From positions 179,056,001 to 179,120,000 of the forward strand of contig NC_042998.1 in NCBI RefSeq assembly GCF_006345805.1: 64,000 nucleotides of DNA, given 5' to 3'. This DNA comes from Octopus sinensis (taxonomy: Eukaryota). Position 1 is the first letter of the stretch, and each line of letters starts with the position of its first letter. Shown in pieces: positions 25,630 through 39,110 of this stretch. Position numbers and translations under genes: made by a program. The notes under the pieces were generated by a model, which ran no database searches, was not told where the DNA came from, and saw nothing but the letters and a program-made list of their open reading frames with translations.

Positions 25630-25660
<31 letters not shown>

Positions 25661-25829
25661 ATGTATACTTGTATATTTAGGTGAGTATGTGTAGTGTATG
25701 AGCATATGTATGTGTCTGTATTTATGTATGCACATAAGTTATCTTCTATTTTTTATTATTCGAAATCTTGTAAGGAAGGAATTGGTTTCTATCAAAGATA
25801 AATGCTCCGTCGTTAGACTGTCGATAACA

Positions 25830-26340
25830 AAAACAATGTCAAATTTTAAGCTTATATATGCTTACTGTTCCGCTTATTTGTAAGGTTTGTGTTAGTTGGT
25901 CCATTCGTTCTTCTAGAAATCCTATCTTTTCCAAATTGTCATTTAGGCAATTACTTACAAAATCAAATTGCATCAATTATTATTGGTATAAATGTGAATT
26001 TATAATCTGGGTAAATAAGCTGAAAGTCTTGAAGCAGTTGTCTATAGTTATCCTCTTTCTCATGGGGTTTCAAGACACATTTTTATCAGCAAGGCGGATG
26101 ACCTCTATGATGGTACAAGCTTTTTCTTTAAGCTATTATGTTTGTACTCAGTAGAAGTACTGATGGGAATGTTTCAGCAATATTCTTTGTGTTGTTTTTT
26201 ATGCAACTATTCAATAACAGGTGAATTGGTGTGAAGAGTCACCGTAGAGACACCCATTTGTTTTTGAATTCGTTGTAATTGGGGAGATGGAAAGCTCATT
26301 GTTTCCCTGATATTATATTAGTGTGGTTAATCATCCCAAA
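25830..26340 (-). pseudogene. R4/Dong-clade non-LTR 3' fragment (REL endonuclease), degenerate
   Basis: Across frameshifts: ..CTIIEV...EKEDNYRQLLQDFQLIYPDYKFTFIPIII...NDNLEKIGF..., similar to the C-terminus at 58180-58500. Confidence 0.7.
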
Positions 26341-26369
26341 TAGTGGCATAGATTGTTGCTGTTACTGGT

Positions 26370-26757
26370 ACTTAACTGGCACTTAATTTATCCACCCCGA
26401 AAGGATGAAAGTCAAAGTCGACCTCGGCGGAATTTGAACTCAGAACGTAATGGCAGACGAAATACCTATTTCTTTACTACCCACAAGGGGCTAAACACAG
26501 AGGGGACGAACAAGGACAGACAAACGGATTAAGTCGGCTATATCGACCCCAGTGCGTAACTGGTACTTAATTCATCGACCCCAGTGCGTAACTGGTACTT
26601 AATTCATCGACCCCAGTGTGTAACTGGTACTTAATTCATCGACCCCGAAAGGATGAAAGGCAAAGTCGGTGGAATTTGAACTCAGAACGTAGCGGCAGAC
26701 GAAATACCGCTAAGCATTTCGCCCGGCGCGCTAACGTTTCTGTCAGCTTGCCGCCTT
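26370..26757 (-). mobile_element. SINE family B dimer with internal 32-bp tandem triplication
   Basis: Head at 26757 (ggcggcaagctgacagaaacgttagc). Three copies of atcgaccccagtgcgtaactggtacttaattc at ~26562-26645. Second monomer restarts at gaaataggtatttcgtctgcc. Confidence 0.88.
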
Positions 26758-27358
26758 AAATGAAGGTTTAATAATGGCGGCAGCGTTTGTTTACATTATT
26801 TTTGATCTCTCTTTTGGCGCATTTTGGCCGATGCTTAGTCCTCTTAGTGTTAGTATCGTGTGAGTCGGGCTAACTATTGCTGTGAAAAACATTTTTTTTT
26901 TTGCAGAGAAAGATGTTTGTTGCCGAAGTTGCTTATCCCAATATCTTTTTTAACCACTTCATACAAGCCATAAAAGGGTCATCTTGGACTTTTTCATAGT
27001 ATCGAAGTAGATCTTAGAGTTAAATTAAAGACCAAGTGTAGCGAGCGAGAAGAATTCTTATACGATCTTGACTAACAAGTGTCGTAATACTACTTGCATT
27101 GGAACCGGTGCTAATGGTGTTGTTATCTACATCAACCTTGATCTCAAAAGTGAAGTTCTGCTTGCTGTAAGACATAGTTTGTAATCCGGTTTGAATAACA
27201 CCAAGTTCGTAAGTAAACTGTGTTTCTCTTATTTATAATAGAAAATATAAACCAGCCACTGTTTTAAGCTGTCGGAGTCGGCATGATTGTAGAAAGCGTT
27301 CACGAAGACATATTTAAACGATCCTCTACGCCTGCACGTCTGATGTTGACTGCGCCGT

Positions 27359-27998
27359 GTATGTATGTATGTATGTATGTATGTATGTATGTATGTATGT
27401 ATGTATGTATGTATGTATGTATGTATGTATGCATGTATGCATGTATGTATGTACGTATGTATGTATGTGTGTATGTATGTATGTATGTATGTATGTATGT
27501 ATGTATGTATGCATGTATGTATGTATGCATGTATGTATGTATGTATGTATGTATGTATGCATGTATGCATGTATGCATGTATGCATGCATGCATGTATGT
27601 ATGTATGCATGTATGTATGTATGTATGTATGTATGCATGCATGTATGTATGTACGTATGTATGTATGTATGTATGCATGCATGTATGCATGTATGCATGC
27701 ATGCATGTATGCATGTATGTATGTATGTATGTATGCATGTATGTATGTATGCATGTATGTATGTATGTATGTATGTTTGTGTATGTATGTATGTTTGTGT
27801 GTATGTATGTATGCATGTATGTATGCATGTATGTATGTATGCATGTATGTTTGTGTGTATGTATGTTTGTATGTTTGTATGTATGTATGCATGTATGTAT
27901 GCATGTATGTATGTATGTATTTATGTATGTATATATGCATGCATGCATGTATGTATGTATGTAAGTAAGTATGTATGTATGTATGTATGTATGTATGA
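27359..27998. repeat. Imperfect (TATG/TGCA)n microsatellite, ~640 bp
   Basis: Direct reading; source of the MYVC/HTYI pseudo-ORFs. Confidence 0.98.
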
Positions 27999-28367
27999 AA
28001 GTCGAGGCAATTCAGAGACAATTGCAAGAACAAAAGTAATAAAACATTGGAAAAGTAAAAAAAATTAAATGTTAATGAATGGTTCATTAACTTCTGATTA
28101 CAGAGATCACATCAAAATAGTTTATTTTCTAAAAAAAAATTAAATGTAAATAAATTGTACATTAAATTCTAATCACTGAGATCACCTCAAAATACTCAGT
28201 TAATTTTCTCCTACGCTGCCGAGAAAGCTACAACATTTGCACAATGAAGGAAATAATTCTTCAGCATTGCCCAAATTATATTAACATCAAGATTAAAAAT
28301 CGCCTAAGGCACATACCCACACTGCGTGACATATATTTTACCTCAGCCAGTCCTGCTTTATTTATCA

Positions 28368-28762
28368 CCAGCAGTAACGCCCGGCGTTGCTTGGGTTTGT
28401 TTCGACCCTTTAGAATTGAAATTTTTGAAAAGTAAAAATTTTGCATTATGTAGCTTGTTATTCTCTTTAAGTGAACATTTTTTCTGGTTGAAATACACCG
28501 AAAAATGGCGACACAGCAGTCAAAAAATCGTAAAAAATAGGGATTTTCACAGAAAAAAAATCACCTTTTTGATGTAAATAATTTTTGGTCTTAACATGGT
28601 CCGATTTGAATTTTATCTTCTACAGAATGAAGAGCAAGCTTTCTTCTATCATACTCTCAATTTTGGTCAACTTGAACCGCAGGGTCTCGGAGGAGATAGT
28701 GTTAGTTGAAGGCTACCAAACCTGCCATACACAGACAACTTCAGCTTTAATATATAGAAAGA
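28368..28762 (-). mobile_element. Non-autonomous Helitron, second subfamily
   Basis: Minus strand: A|TC start, hairpin cccaagcaacgccggg, CTGG|T end. Interior differs from 6175-6555. Confidence 0.8.
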
Positions 28763-29424
28763 TTGGCTCAGAACAAATTATAAGAGAAAAAAAAATCCTT
28801 CATAGCCTTTAAACGAAACCTAGGCATATCAGAGAAACCACAGACAGCTGGGTGCGTTTTCGCCAACAACAACTGCCTGCTTGAGTGGACTATGGTGGCA
28901 GAAAACTTGCTGTTAATTTTGGCAGTCCGGGCAGTTTTCAAAAATATTGTTCTCTCCAGCTTTGCTGACCAGCATTTATACTACCAGAGAATATCAGTTT
29001 TTTTTTACTACAGTTTATTTACTACAGCAAACGGAGGACAAATACAATCACTTCAACCTCAGTGGCTATTTTGTTTTTCCGAGGATTTGTTCTTCGTTCT
29101 CAGCTTTGGTGTTTTTCTCATATGCTTCTATCATACCTATCATAAAACTATCTCTGTTTCCTAGTACACTTCGCTGATCACTGCTCTGCTTTCCTTTGTA
29201 AACTCATTGCACCATTACTGGAAGAACTGTGTACTACCTTACAAAACTTCACCAATCTTTTCTATTTCAGCGTTTTATTTTCAGATACGTCCCTATATTT
29301 CGTTCACAAAGCTCTTTCGACTCATTTATCAGAAGTTTTTTCTTCTAAATTAGACCATGGCATAAGGTCGGTGAGAACTGAAACATCCCTAAGTCCACCT
29401 ACATATTTTAACTGTATTTAAGGG

Positions 29425-29479
<55 letters not shown>

Positions 29480-29600
29480 AGTAAATAAATGGTACAACGA
29501 AGCACCGATATTTACCATTTATTTACTTTTATGTATAATTTTACCCTCACGGGCTATCCTTTACTGGAAAGCAATACTCTCGTATTGCATTACTATTTTC

Positions 29601-29639
<39 letters not shown>

Positions 29640-29655
<16 letters not shown>

Positions 29656-30050
29656 ATAACAATTTAATAAATAAAGCATATGCATACATACATACATATA
29701 TGTACATACCCACATCTATATGTATATATACATGCATATATGAGTACAGGACACCACAAATAAACGTAGAACACAACGAGAAACGAAAACATAAAATCAA
29801 ACAAGGAAACGGACTTTTTTTTAACAACGAAAAAACAGAGTACAAGACAAACAATACAAGGAACATTCCCCATCTTCAGCTGCCCCTGTTTCGACTCAAT
29901 GCGTGTTTCGAAGGTGAGGGCAGAACACGGCTACGTCGAAGCAGTCCTTCCCGCAAAATGAATTAAATAAATTTTTTTTTTTGCGGATGAGTAAAAAAAG
30001 TGACAAGAACAGGACGTAAAAGCAATACCAATGAAGAAAAAAACAGTACA
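29640..30050 (-). repeat. Family E copy
   Basis: Reverse complement of 48170-48560, including ggaaggactgcttcg...ccttcgaaacacgcatt...ggggcagctgaa. Confidence 0.75.
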
Positions 30051-30289
30051 AATATATATATATTGGCTTGTTATCTTTTCATTTTTTTTTTACTTACGCA
30101 CCTTCCTTTTTATTTCCCGCACTCTTTGTAGAAAACAAGGAGCAATCTGATGTTGAGACTATTTGAATTAAGAAGAAAAGGAAAAAGAGACGCATTTTCC
30201 CTCATGCCTCACCAATTCTCTCAATTTGTTGTTAGCACACTTTTAACCATAATAATGGATAATTAAAAATTAAAAAAAGCATTAATAAA

Positions 30290-30790
30290 TAGGCGCAGGC
30301 GTGGCTGTGTGGTAACAAGCTTGCTTCCCAACCAAAGTGGATTTGGCAGATAGAAACTGAAAGAAGCCCGTCGTATATATATATATATATATAAATATAT
30401 ATAAGTCCCACACAGACACATACATACATGAATATATATATATATCACATAGACACATACATACATGCATATATATAAGAATGTATGTATGTATGTATGT
30501 ATGTATGTATGTATGTATGTATGTATGTATGTATGTATGTATGTGTGTGTGAATGTATGTATATGTGTGTATATCTTTGTGTCTGTGTTTGTTCCCTGCC
30601 ACAGCTTGACAACCGGTGTCGATGCGTTTACGTTCCCCTAGCTTAGCTGTTCGACAAAAGAGACTGATAGAATAAGTACTAAGTCTAAAAAAAAGTCTTG
30701 GGATCGATTTGTTTGAACAAAACCCTTCAAGGCGGTGCCCCAGCATAGCCATACTCAAATGACTGAAACAAGTAAAAATAAAAAAGAAGA
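30290..30790 (+). mobile_element. SINE family A with deletion in the 5' half
   Basis: aggcgcaggcgtggctgtgtggtaac head, long internal microsatellite, aacaagtaaaaat tail. Confidence 0.8.
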
Positions 30791-31559
30791 TAGATAATAA
30801 TTAAAGTTACCTTTCCGAAACCGAAATATTCAAAGGGATGAACGTGTCACGTCTGTAACTTTCTCCAATTCGTTTGAAGAGTGATTTTCCTCCGTAGATA
30901 CGCTTGTCCTGTAAAAGACGTTTTCAAAACAATATTAATAATCCTTTCTACAAAAGGCACAAGGTTTGAAATTTTTATGGAGGGGACTAGTGTTTAACTG
31001 GTACTTACTTTATTAACCCCAAAAGGATAAAAGACAAAGTCGACCTCGGTGGAATTTGAACACAAAACGCAAAGACGAACGAAATGCCGCTAAGCTTTTC
31101 GCCCTTGCGTGCTAACGGTTCGACCACCTCGCCACCTTTACAACGACGACAATAATAATAAAATACCTTTCTAATTTTGGCACAAGGTCAACAGTTGTTA
31201 CAGGAAGGGACAAGTCGATTACATCGACCCCAATACTTGACAAATATTTTATTTTATCGACCCCTATACATGAAAGGATGAAAGGCAAAGCTTGACCCGC
31301 GGGGAGTTTGGCAAATTCGTTAGCGGCATTTCTTCTGGCTCTTTATACTTTGAGCTCGAATTTCGCCGCGGTCGACTGTGCTTTTCATCCTTTCGGGGTC
31401 GATAAAATAAACACAAGTTGAGCACTGAAGTCGATGTAATAGATCAACCGCCTCCCACCCAAACTGCAAGCTTTGTGCCAAAATTTGAAACCATATTATT
31501 ATGACGATCACCATTTTCATGATACAAAAGCTATTACATTCTGATTAAATTAGCAAGGA

Positions 31560-31783
31560 TGTTATTCTGAGGTTTGGTGGCAACAGGTTTCTTAAAATTT
31601 CAAGAATCTTTTTTAGGATTCTCGCAGAATACAGAGCGGCTATTTTCTGCAGGTCGACAATGCGTATCTCGGTTCCAACATCCTTCAACCTCTTAGGTGG
31701 CAGTTTGAGTGTTGTACCAAGTGCATCATATGTCTTCATCACTCGGCTAGATCCTGATATTTCTCAATTGTTTTCAAGTCCCA

Positions 31784-31785
<2 letters not shown>
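31560..31785 (-). pseudogene. R4/Dong extreme 3' fragment
   Basis: YDALGTTLKLPPKRLKDVGTEIRIVDLQKIAALYSARILKKILEI matches the R4-type C-terminal pattern LQK.A.L..ARIL.K.L. Confidence 0.7.
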
Positions 31786-31842
<57 letters not shown>

Positions 31843-31904
31843 CACCACCACCACCACCACCACTACTACTACTAATACTACTACCTCCACCACCACCACC
31901 GCCG

Positions 31905-31942
<38 letters not shown>

Positions 31943-31967
31943 GCCACTACTACTACCACCACCGCCG

Positions 31968-32017
<50 letters not shown>

Positions 32018-32044
32018 GCCACTACTACTACCACCACCGCCGCC

Positions 32045-32139
<95 letters not shown>

Positions 32140-32183
32140 AACCACTACTACTGCTACTACTACCACCACCACCACCACCGCCT

Positions 32184-32219
<36 letters not shown>

Positions 32220-32220
32220 G
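31785..32220. repeat. Compound (TAC/CAC/CGC)n trinucleotide repeat
   Basis: Direct reading; source of the poly-Ser/Gly and poly-Val pseudo-ORFs. Confidence 0.97.
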
Positions 32221-32569
32221 CGCCACGAGGACCTAAACACAGTACTAAGTGTACCGTACAAACAAAAGTGTTACAAAACGTGTAAACATACATACATGAG
32301 ATGGGGGGTAAAAATGAAATGCAATAAATACACAGATTAAAAATATAGAACACAAACATTAAGCACCCAACCTCAATGGTGGATGAAAAGCCGCCACATA
32401 GATATTATCACAGCATCCTAAAACTCCGGTCACCTTCGACTTCAGCCAAGGTCCTATGAAATTACCTTCAAGCATCTTTAGTTTTTATCGAACCGCGAAG
32501 TTTACATACTCTGGGTAATGCGGCTTTATTTGTTCGTGCGGTTTTGAAAAACCTTTTTATTCTCTGGAT

Positions 32570-32927
32570 CAGTGGTTCTCAGCCGGGGTCCATTAGGCCC
32601 CTGAGGGTCCATACAAGATTTTTGAGGGTCGACGCAACAAAATAGTAAATTGGGGATTCACAATAGTATTTTAAGAGTCAATGAAAAAATGTTGCTTTAG
32701 ATGTATGCGTTGATATGTATTACAAGAAACAGTTAGGTTTCTTTCTCTAACATTTTTACATAGTTCAGCTTAGACAAGTTAATTTGTGAAAATCAAAATA
32801 GGAATTTTGAAGGAAGTATAAGTATCTAAAAAACTAGCTTATAGACATCGAATGGCTATGGGGGTCCACCCGAGTAAAATAGTAATCAGAAGGATCCAGA
32901 GATTAAAAAAATGGTTGAGAACCCCTG
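32570..32927. mobile_element. hAT (Charlie-like) MITE
   Basis: TIRs cagtggttctca / tgagaacccctg; degraded 8-bp TSD-like flanks ctctggat / ctctagga. Confidence 0.7.
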
Positions 32928-33594
32928 CTCTAGGAGTTCATGAAATTCATCCCCAATTAGGGCACTATTTTTGCTGTTCTACTTTATTTTAGTTTAGATT
33001 CCCAGCCGTATATAGGTTAAGGCCATTATACCGGATTACCTGGATGCTTGTAACTAGAAAAAAGCCTGCATCTTCTGGAGAAATTTCCAGCATCTTATTT
33101 TAGGCTCTTCCTTTATTTTTTCCAGTTTTCACCAATTTCAATTTTGTGCTTTTCAAACTATAGCTCGAAGTGTCTAGATCTGAAGCTGCATATATATGTT
33201 AGTTATTGTATTTCTTCTTTCTTTAAAAAGACTGTTTTTATATATGCAAAAAGATTTTATATCCAAAATTGAAACTACTACAACCAATGCGGTTAGCACC
33301 TCTTTCCCTTAACACAATGGCGACTATTTCGCAATACAAACAACGATGTAAATGGTTATTTACCAAAAACATTTATTTACACAGTAAAAAATGTCTAAGG
33401 ACGAACCTTTGTTCTACCCCAGGTAAAAGGGTAGACCCGCAGATAATCCGAAAACCGTTTGTTAGTAAAACTGGTACGGAAAGATTTCCTCATTAGGTAA
33501 GTTTGGTAAAAGTTACTTTTTCGCGGGAGGAGTTCTGGCAGTGATGTCCATTTGCTTCAACATTCAATAATAATAATATTAATGATAATAATAA

Positions 33595-33644
<50 letters not shown>

Positions 33645-34299
33645 TCACAACATCAACATTAACAAAAAGAAGAAGAACAACAATTCTTTCAAATTTGGTA
33701 CAAGGTCAGCGATTCTATGGGGTGGGGAGGAGGTAAATCTATTCCATCGACTAGTATTTAACTAGTACTAATAATAATTGTTTCTAATTCAGACAAAAGT
33801 CCAGCAGTTTTGGAGGGAGATGGAAGGTCGGTGCCATTGACACCAGTACTTGATTAGTACTTTATTGACCCCGGAGAGGCGAACGGTTAAGTTGACTTCG
33901 GCTGGATTTGAACCCAAGACGTAAAGAGCCAGAAGAAATACTACAAACTATTTTGTCTAACTCTTCCAATTTTAATTCCTTAATTTATATGCAAGAAAGG
34001 GTCCATCCATCCATGCATCCATCAGTGTTAACTACATCCCAAAGATGGATCTTTGTTGGAAACCGGTTCCCTCCTCAACGTAAGATTTATAATAATTAAA
34101 AAAATAGAAGAGATACATACACACAAACATACATTCATACATACATGCATGTATGCATGTGTGCATACATACAAACATACATGCATACATACATACATAC
34201 ATACATACATACATACATACATACATACCTACATACATACATACACACACACACACACATACATACATACATACATACAAGTTACAAAGAAAAACGGGT

Positions 34300-35500
34300 T
34301 GATCATAATACTGAAAGACACATCGTCATTGAAACGAAGACCTTTTCAACTTCTAACCCTATGTTATATATCAAAGGCCTTTTGCAAGTCTACAAAAGCA
34401 ATAGTCGAAAGCTGTCTGAATTCAACGTGCTTTTGTATAATATGCTAGAGTAAAAGTATTTAGTCATTAGAATCTCACGTTCAACAGGCGCCCGCTTGTT
34501 AATCCGTTAATGTATTACATTCCAAGGTAATTTGTTTCCTATTTAGGATAAGCAACACTGCACACATTCCTCCACTTGAGATGCTTTCTCAGATAATCCT
34601 ATTTTGTATCCGAACCACTGACCTTCCTATTTTCCATAAAACGTCTTGTTCACGTTTGCATAAATTGCTTTTTACATTTTATTATTATGCTTAAATACAG
34701 ATAATCTTTTCGGTCTCTGCTTTATCTCATTTATTATTTCATAAGTTTTTCTGATTTCTCTACTGAGTCCTGCATTAAACAATTAGCTTTCACTTTTAAG
34801 AATCTCTGTTTATCTCCTCTTGAACACCTGTTCACTTCTCTGTTGAAACTCCAAATATTTAGGTATTCTACTTTAGGGTCCTTCTTATTCACTCTCCAAC
34901 TTTCAACAATTCGTTTTTGTTCCTTTCATACCTCAGTAGCTTTTTATCTGGAATCTATTTTCTTCTTTATATGGTTTTTTTTTCAGTTCTGCATACCTTC
35001 GCTTACATTCTTGTAAACTTTTACATTCCATTGATGTATATCTCTTCACCAATAGCTTCAAGCACTACAAATCGATTTTGGTAGTCAGTTAGAAATTCAT
35101 CTTTTATTCTCTATTTCTTCAACTTTTCTGTATAAAGCCTAATAATTCTTTTCTACTTTTCGTTAGCCTTTAGCTGCAACTGAACTGCCCCTATTACAGT
35201 TTGATGGTCAGCTCCGATATCTGCACTCTGATATCTTCTCACATCTAGCAAGGATGTTGTTGGTTGTCGAATGATCAAAATATGATTTATTTGATTACCA
35301 CTTTTTTATCTGGAGACGCTGAAGTATACTATAAATATTCTTAAAGAGAATATCTCCTATAATGAAATTGCTGGGTATACAGCGGCTGGTCAATCATACA
35401 CTGTTTTCATTAGCATTATCCAACCCATGTATGTCCATCGTCTATTCTCATAACTTAATTGTTATTGCCAACTTTTGCATTCACTTCATGCTTCCGAATC
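34300..35500 (-). pseudogene. RTE-clade LINE remnant (APE endonuclease plus RT piece), heavily deleted
   Basis: NAKVGNN at ~35480, SPDKK...SLLDVRRYQSADIGADHQTV at ~35200-35330, QKHVEFRQLSTIAFVDLQKAFD at ~34370-34440. Confidence 0.75.
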
Positions 35501-35904
35501 AATTTTGTCTTTCACCCTTTCGGTGGTCGGTAAAAAAAGTATCAATCCAGGGTAGTGAATTCTCGGAACTGTAAATAAATCGAAGCAGATGTCTTGCCCT
35601 ATTAGTCCGGCATTTTGCGTTCTGAGTTCAAATACCGCCATAGTGGCAGACTTCATCCATCGCCCGGTTTAACACCACTACCTAACACCCTGGGTACCTT
35701 TAGTGGACCCCAGGTTGTTGCAAACTTTTGGACCAGGTGTCCGGTTTCAGGACCTTCCCCTCTCTCCTTTCCTGCAGTCAGGAAGGCTATGTGAAGGGTC
35801 ATAGACACTACCTCTTCACAAATTTCCTTCGTCTACTATTCATTCAGTCTTGCAACAGTTGTACGAAAGAATTTTCCTTTTCATCGTTTGCCTTACGTAT
35901 AGGC

Positions 35905-36075
35905 ATGAAGGCGGTGAGCAGACAGAATCCTTAGCACGCCGGACGAAATGTCTTGTGGTATTTCTCCGGCTTTACATTCTGAGTTCAAACTTCGTCGTCG
36001 TGGTCGACTTTGTTCTTTCATCTTTTCTGGGTCGATAATATAAGTAACAGTTGAGCACTGGGGTCATTGTAATCC
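35905..36075 (+). mobile_element. SINE family B, diverged
   Basis: gaaggcggtgagcagacagaatccttagcacgccggacgaaatg...gagttcaaac...gtcgactttg. Confidence 0.75.
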
Positions 36076-36499
36076 CTAAATTTTTGTGCGTATTATACAA
36101 GGATTATTTACAATACGAAATAAATAATATTCATTACACATTGCTTGGCTTTAAGTTTCACTAAAAGAGATCAACCTTTAGCTAAAAGGTAATCCAGTAA
36201 TTGTCTCGAAGTATTTTTATTCTGAATCAAAATCGATTTCATCACGTCTTAAATCAGCCTTTTTGACAGAGATTGGAACTATAATATCTTTCATTGCAAA
36301 AAAATTGGATCCATTCCTCCAACTATAGCATCACTCAGAGCTAACAAATTAATTTGGTATTGTTTCATCTTTCTCACTGTCCGTTTCAATTTACCGTCCT
36401 ATCGCAATGTTTGAATATCCTTGTTCTTTCAATCCGTATTGTAGTACCTGAATTTTAAAACCAAGATATTCTTGGCAGTCATGTTTTCCTGGACTACCG

Positions 36500-36735
36500 G
36501 CTATTAGTTTATTTGCTTGTTTGTGTCTTTGTGTTTGCGTTTGTTCTCCTCCCCCACAGCTTGATAACCGGTGCTGGTTTGTTCACGCCCACCCCCATAA
36601 CTTAGAGGTTCAGTAAAAGAGACCGATAGAAGTACCAGGCTTAGAAAAATAACACTGTGGTCGATTTGTTCGACTAAACCTTTCAAAGCGGTGCCTCAGT
36701 ATGGCCGCAGTCCAATGACTGAAGCAAGTAAGAGA
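36500..36735 (+). mobile_element. SINE family A, 3' half
   Basis: cagcttgataaccggtgctgg...gtccaatgactgaagcaagtaagag. Confidence 0.75.
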
Positions 36736-36772
36736 TAAGAAACACATACACACGAACTCACACACTCACACA

Positions 36773-36810
<38 letters not shown>

Positions 36811-36913
36811 CATACACACTCACACAGATATATGTATGCATGTGTGTGTATTAAATGGATTTACGGAGTGTATTGACTTGCCAGAATATCTAGAGGATAT
36901 TTAGAGAATATCT

Positions 36914-37180
36914 AAGGCGGCGAGCTGGCAGAATCGTTAGCACGTCGGGCGAAATGCCGAGCGGTATTTCGTCTGCCGTTACGTTCTGAGTTCAATTTCC
37001 GCCGAGGGCGACTTTGCCTTTCATCCTTTCGGGGTCGATAAATTAAGTACCAGTTACGCACTGGGGTCGATATAATCAATTTAATCCGTTTGTCTGTCCT
37101 TGTTTGTCCCCTCTGTGTGTAGCCCCTTGTGGGCAGTAAAACAATAACAATATTTAGAGGATCACAGATTTTTGTAGCGA
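36914..37180 (+). mobile_element. SINE family B, full length
   Basis: aaggcggcgagctggcagaatcgttagc...ccccttgtgggcagtaaa. Confidence 0.88.
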
Positions 37181-37358
37181 ACAGCTGAAGAAATAATAAC
37201 AGTATTGACAACTTTGTGGCTGCAAACTGTTGATGAGTAAGAGTTTGTTTAACGAGCAGCTGTTGTTGTTCAGTCTCAGATTAGAGCTACTCGAGCAGAT
37301 CTGTCGTCATAAAACCGTCAGCCACGACCTTCCAACATTTATTGTATACCAGGGATTA

Positions 37359-37617
37359 ATAAAAATAAATGCACCCTTTTAAAGCCTAGCCAGACTCATG
37401 GGCCCGGTTTCCCGGTTTCTTTGGCGTATGCATTCCTCAGCTGGACGGGACGCCAGTCCATCGCAGCGTTATTCATTTCTGCCAGCTGAGTGGATTGGAG
37501 CAACTTCAAATGAAGTGTTTTGCTCAAGAACACAACGCGTTGTCCGGTTCAGGAATCGAAACCACAATCTTACGATCATGATGTTGATACCTTAACCACT
37601 AAGCCACGCGCCTCCAC
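37359..37617 (-). mobile_element. SINE family C with 13-bp TSD
   Basis: TSD ataccagggatta at 37346-37358 and 37618-37630; tRNA-like head gtggaggcgcgtggcttagtggttaagg. Confidence 0.85.
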
Positions 37618-38104
37618 ATACCAGGGATTACAACATTTGTATTCATAAGTTAAGACGGCAGCGTGTGATTTTGAAGGACACGAGGTTGCTAATTTTTGTA
37701 GCCGAATGGTATAATGATCCGTTAGAGGAGTTTTCATAGGTTCGTAATTGCAGTGGGACGTCAGAAATGCTTGATGACGTCCTATTGCGACCTGAGTTCA
37801 AGTTTGGTTAAAGTCTTTACCTACCAACTCACCGGAATTGGTAAAATAACTAACCAAAATATTAATATATTGGTTTCCCAATTTTGGCACAAGGCCAGCA
37901 ATTTTGGGGGAGAAGGGTAAGTCGATCCCAGTGTTCAACTAGAACTTATTTTATCGATTCCGAAAGGATGAAGGGTAAAATCGACCTCGGCGAAATCTGA
38001 ACTCAGAATGTAAAGACAGACGGTCGAAAAGCGGCTAGACATCCTGTCCGACGTGCTGGTGATTCTGCCAATTCACCACCTTAGTAATGTTAATATATTG
38101 AAAG

Positions 38105-38320
38105 ACGAAGGCGGCAAGGTCGCAGAATCGTTAACACTTCGGGAAAAATGCTTGGTGGCACTTCGTTCGTTTTTATGTCCTGAGTTCAAATTCCGCCAAG
38201 GTCGTCGTTCTCTTTCATCCTTTGGATGTCAATAAAATGAGTGCCAGTTGAGCACTGGGGATCGATGTAATCGACTTACCCCTCTCCCAAAATTTCTGGC
38301 CTTGTGCCAAAATTTGAAAC
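38105..38320 (+). mobile_element. SINE family B variant
   Basis: gaaggcggcaaggtcgcagaatcgttaac...gagttcaaattccgcc; tail ggccttgtgccaaaatttgaaacc. Confidence 0.75.
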
Positions 38321-38513
38321 CAATAAATTGAGGTGGATTTAGTAAAGTAATAATCCGTGCCTGTGAAGATTACTTTTGAGTCTAGCAGGTCGAGAGATCG
38401 CGTACAGGACCCCATAATCGATAATGTGAATTTGTTTGTATGTCCGTGTGTGTATGCGATGTAACGTCTACATTCTTTGATGCTTGTCACTTAAATTCTC
38501 TTTTTAAAATACC

Positions 38514-38744
38514 TATTTCTTTACTACCCACAAGGGGCTACACACAGAGGGGACAAACAAGGACAGACAAACGGATTAAGTCGATTACATCGACACCAGT
38601 GCGTAACTGGTACTTATTTATTGACCCCGAAAGGATGAAAGGCAAAGTCGACCTCGGCGGAATTTGAACTCAGAACGTAACGGCAGACGAAATTCGGCTA
38701 CGCATTTCGCCCGGCGTGCTAACGTCTCTGCCAGCTCGCCGCCT
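38514..38744 (-). mobile_element. SINE family B, full length with 18-bp TSD
   Basis: TSD ttctctttttaaaatacc (38496-38513) / ttctcttttttaaatacc (38745-38762), one mismatch. Confidence 0.9.
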
Positions 38745-38777
38745 TTCTCTTTTTTAAATACCAGTTATTACAATGAT

Positions 38778-39110
38778 GTGAAGGCGCAGGGATCAGTGGT
38801 TAGAGCGTCGAGCTTACGATCGTGAGGTTGTGAGTTCGATTCCCGGACCGGGCTACGTGTCGTGTTCTTTAGCAAGACACCTTATTTCACGTTGCTCCAG
38901 TTAACTCAGCTGTAGAAATGAGTTGCGACATCACTGGTGCCAAACTGTATCGGCCCCTTTGCCTTTCCCTTGGATAACATCAGTGGTGTGGAGAGGGAAG
39001 GCTGGTATACACGGGCGACTGCTAGCCTTCCATAAACAACCTTGCCCAGACTTATGCTTCGGAGGATAGCTTTTTAGGTGCAATTCTATGGTCATTCATG
39101 AGCAAAGGTG
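38778..39110 (+). mobile_element. SINE family C
   Basis: gtgaaggcgcagggatcagtggttagagc A-box, gagttcgattccc B-box, central agcaagacac...ctccagttaactcagctg domain. Confidence 0.85.

Noticed and set aside
26562-26645. Three 32-bp direct repeats resembling a CRISPR array
   Set aside because: No spacers; this is a tandem triplication inside a SINE B in eukaryotic DNA.
27229-28087. ORFs of 199-261 aa (MYVC/HTYI repeats)
   Set aside because: Stop-free only because of the (TATG)n repeat; open in several frames on both strands.
31660-32359. Ser/Gly-rich, poly-Val and poly-His/Tyr ORFs
   Set aside because: Trinucleotide microsatellite artefacts.
38778-38855. tRNA-like A/B boxes as a tRNA gene
   Set aside because: No complete cloverleaf; it continues into the SINE body. 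The same applies to the other SINE heads.
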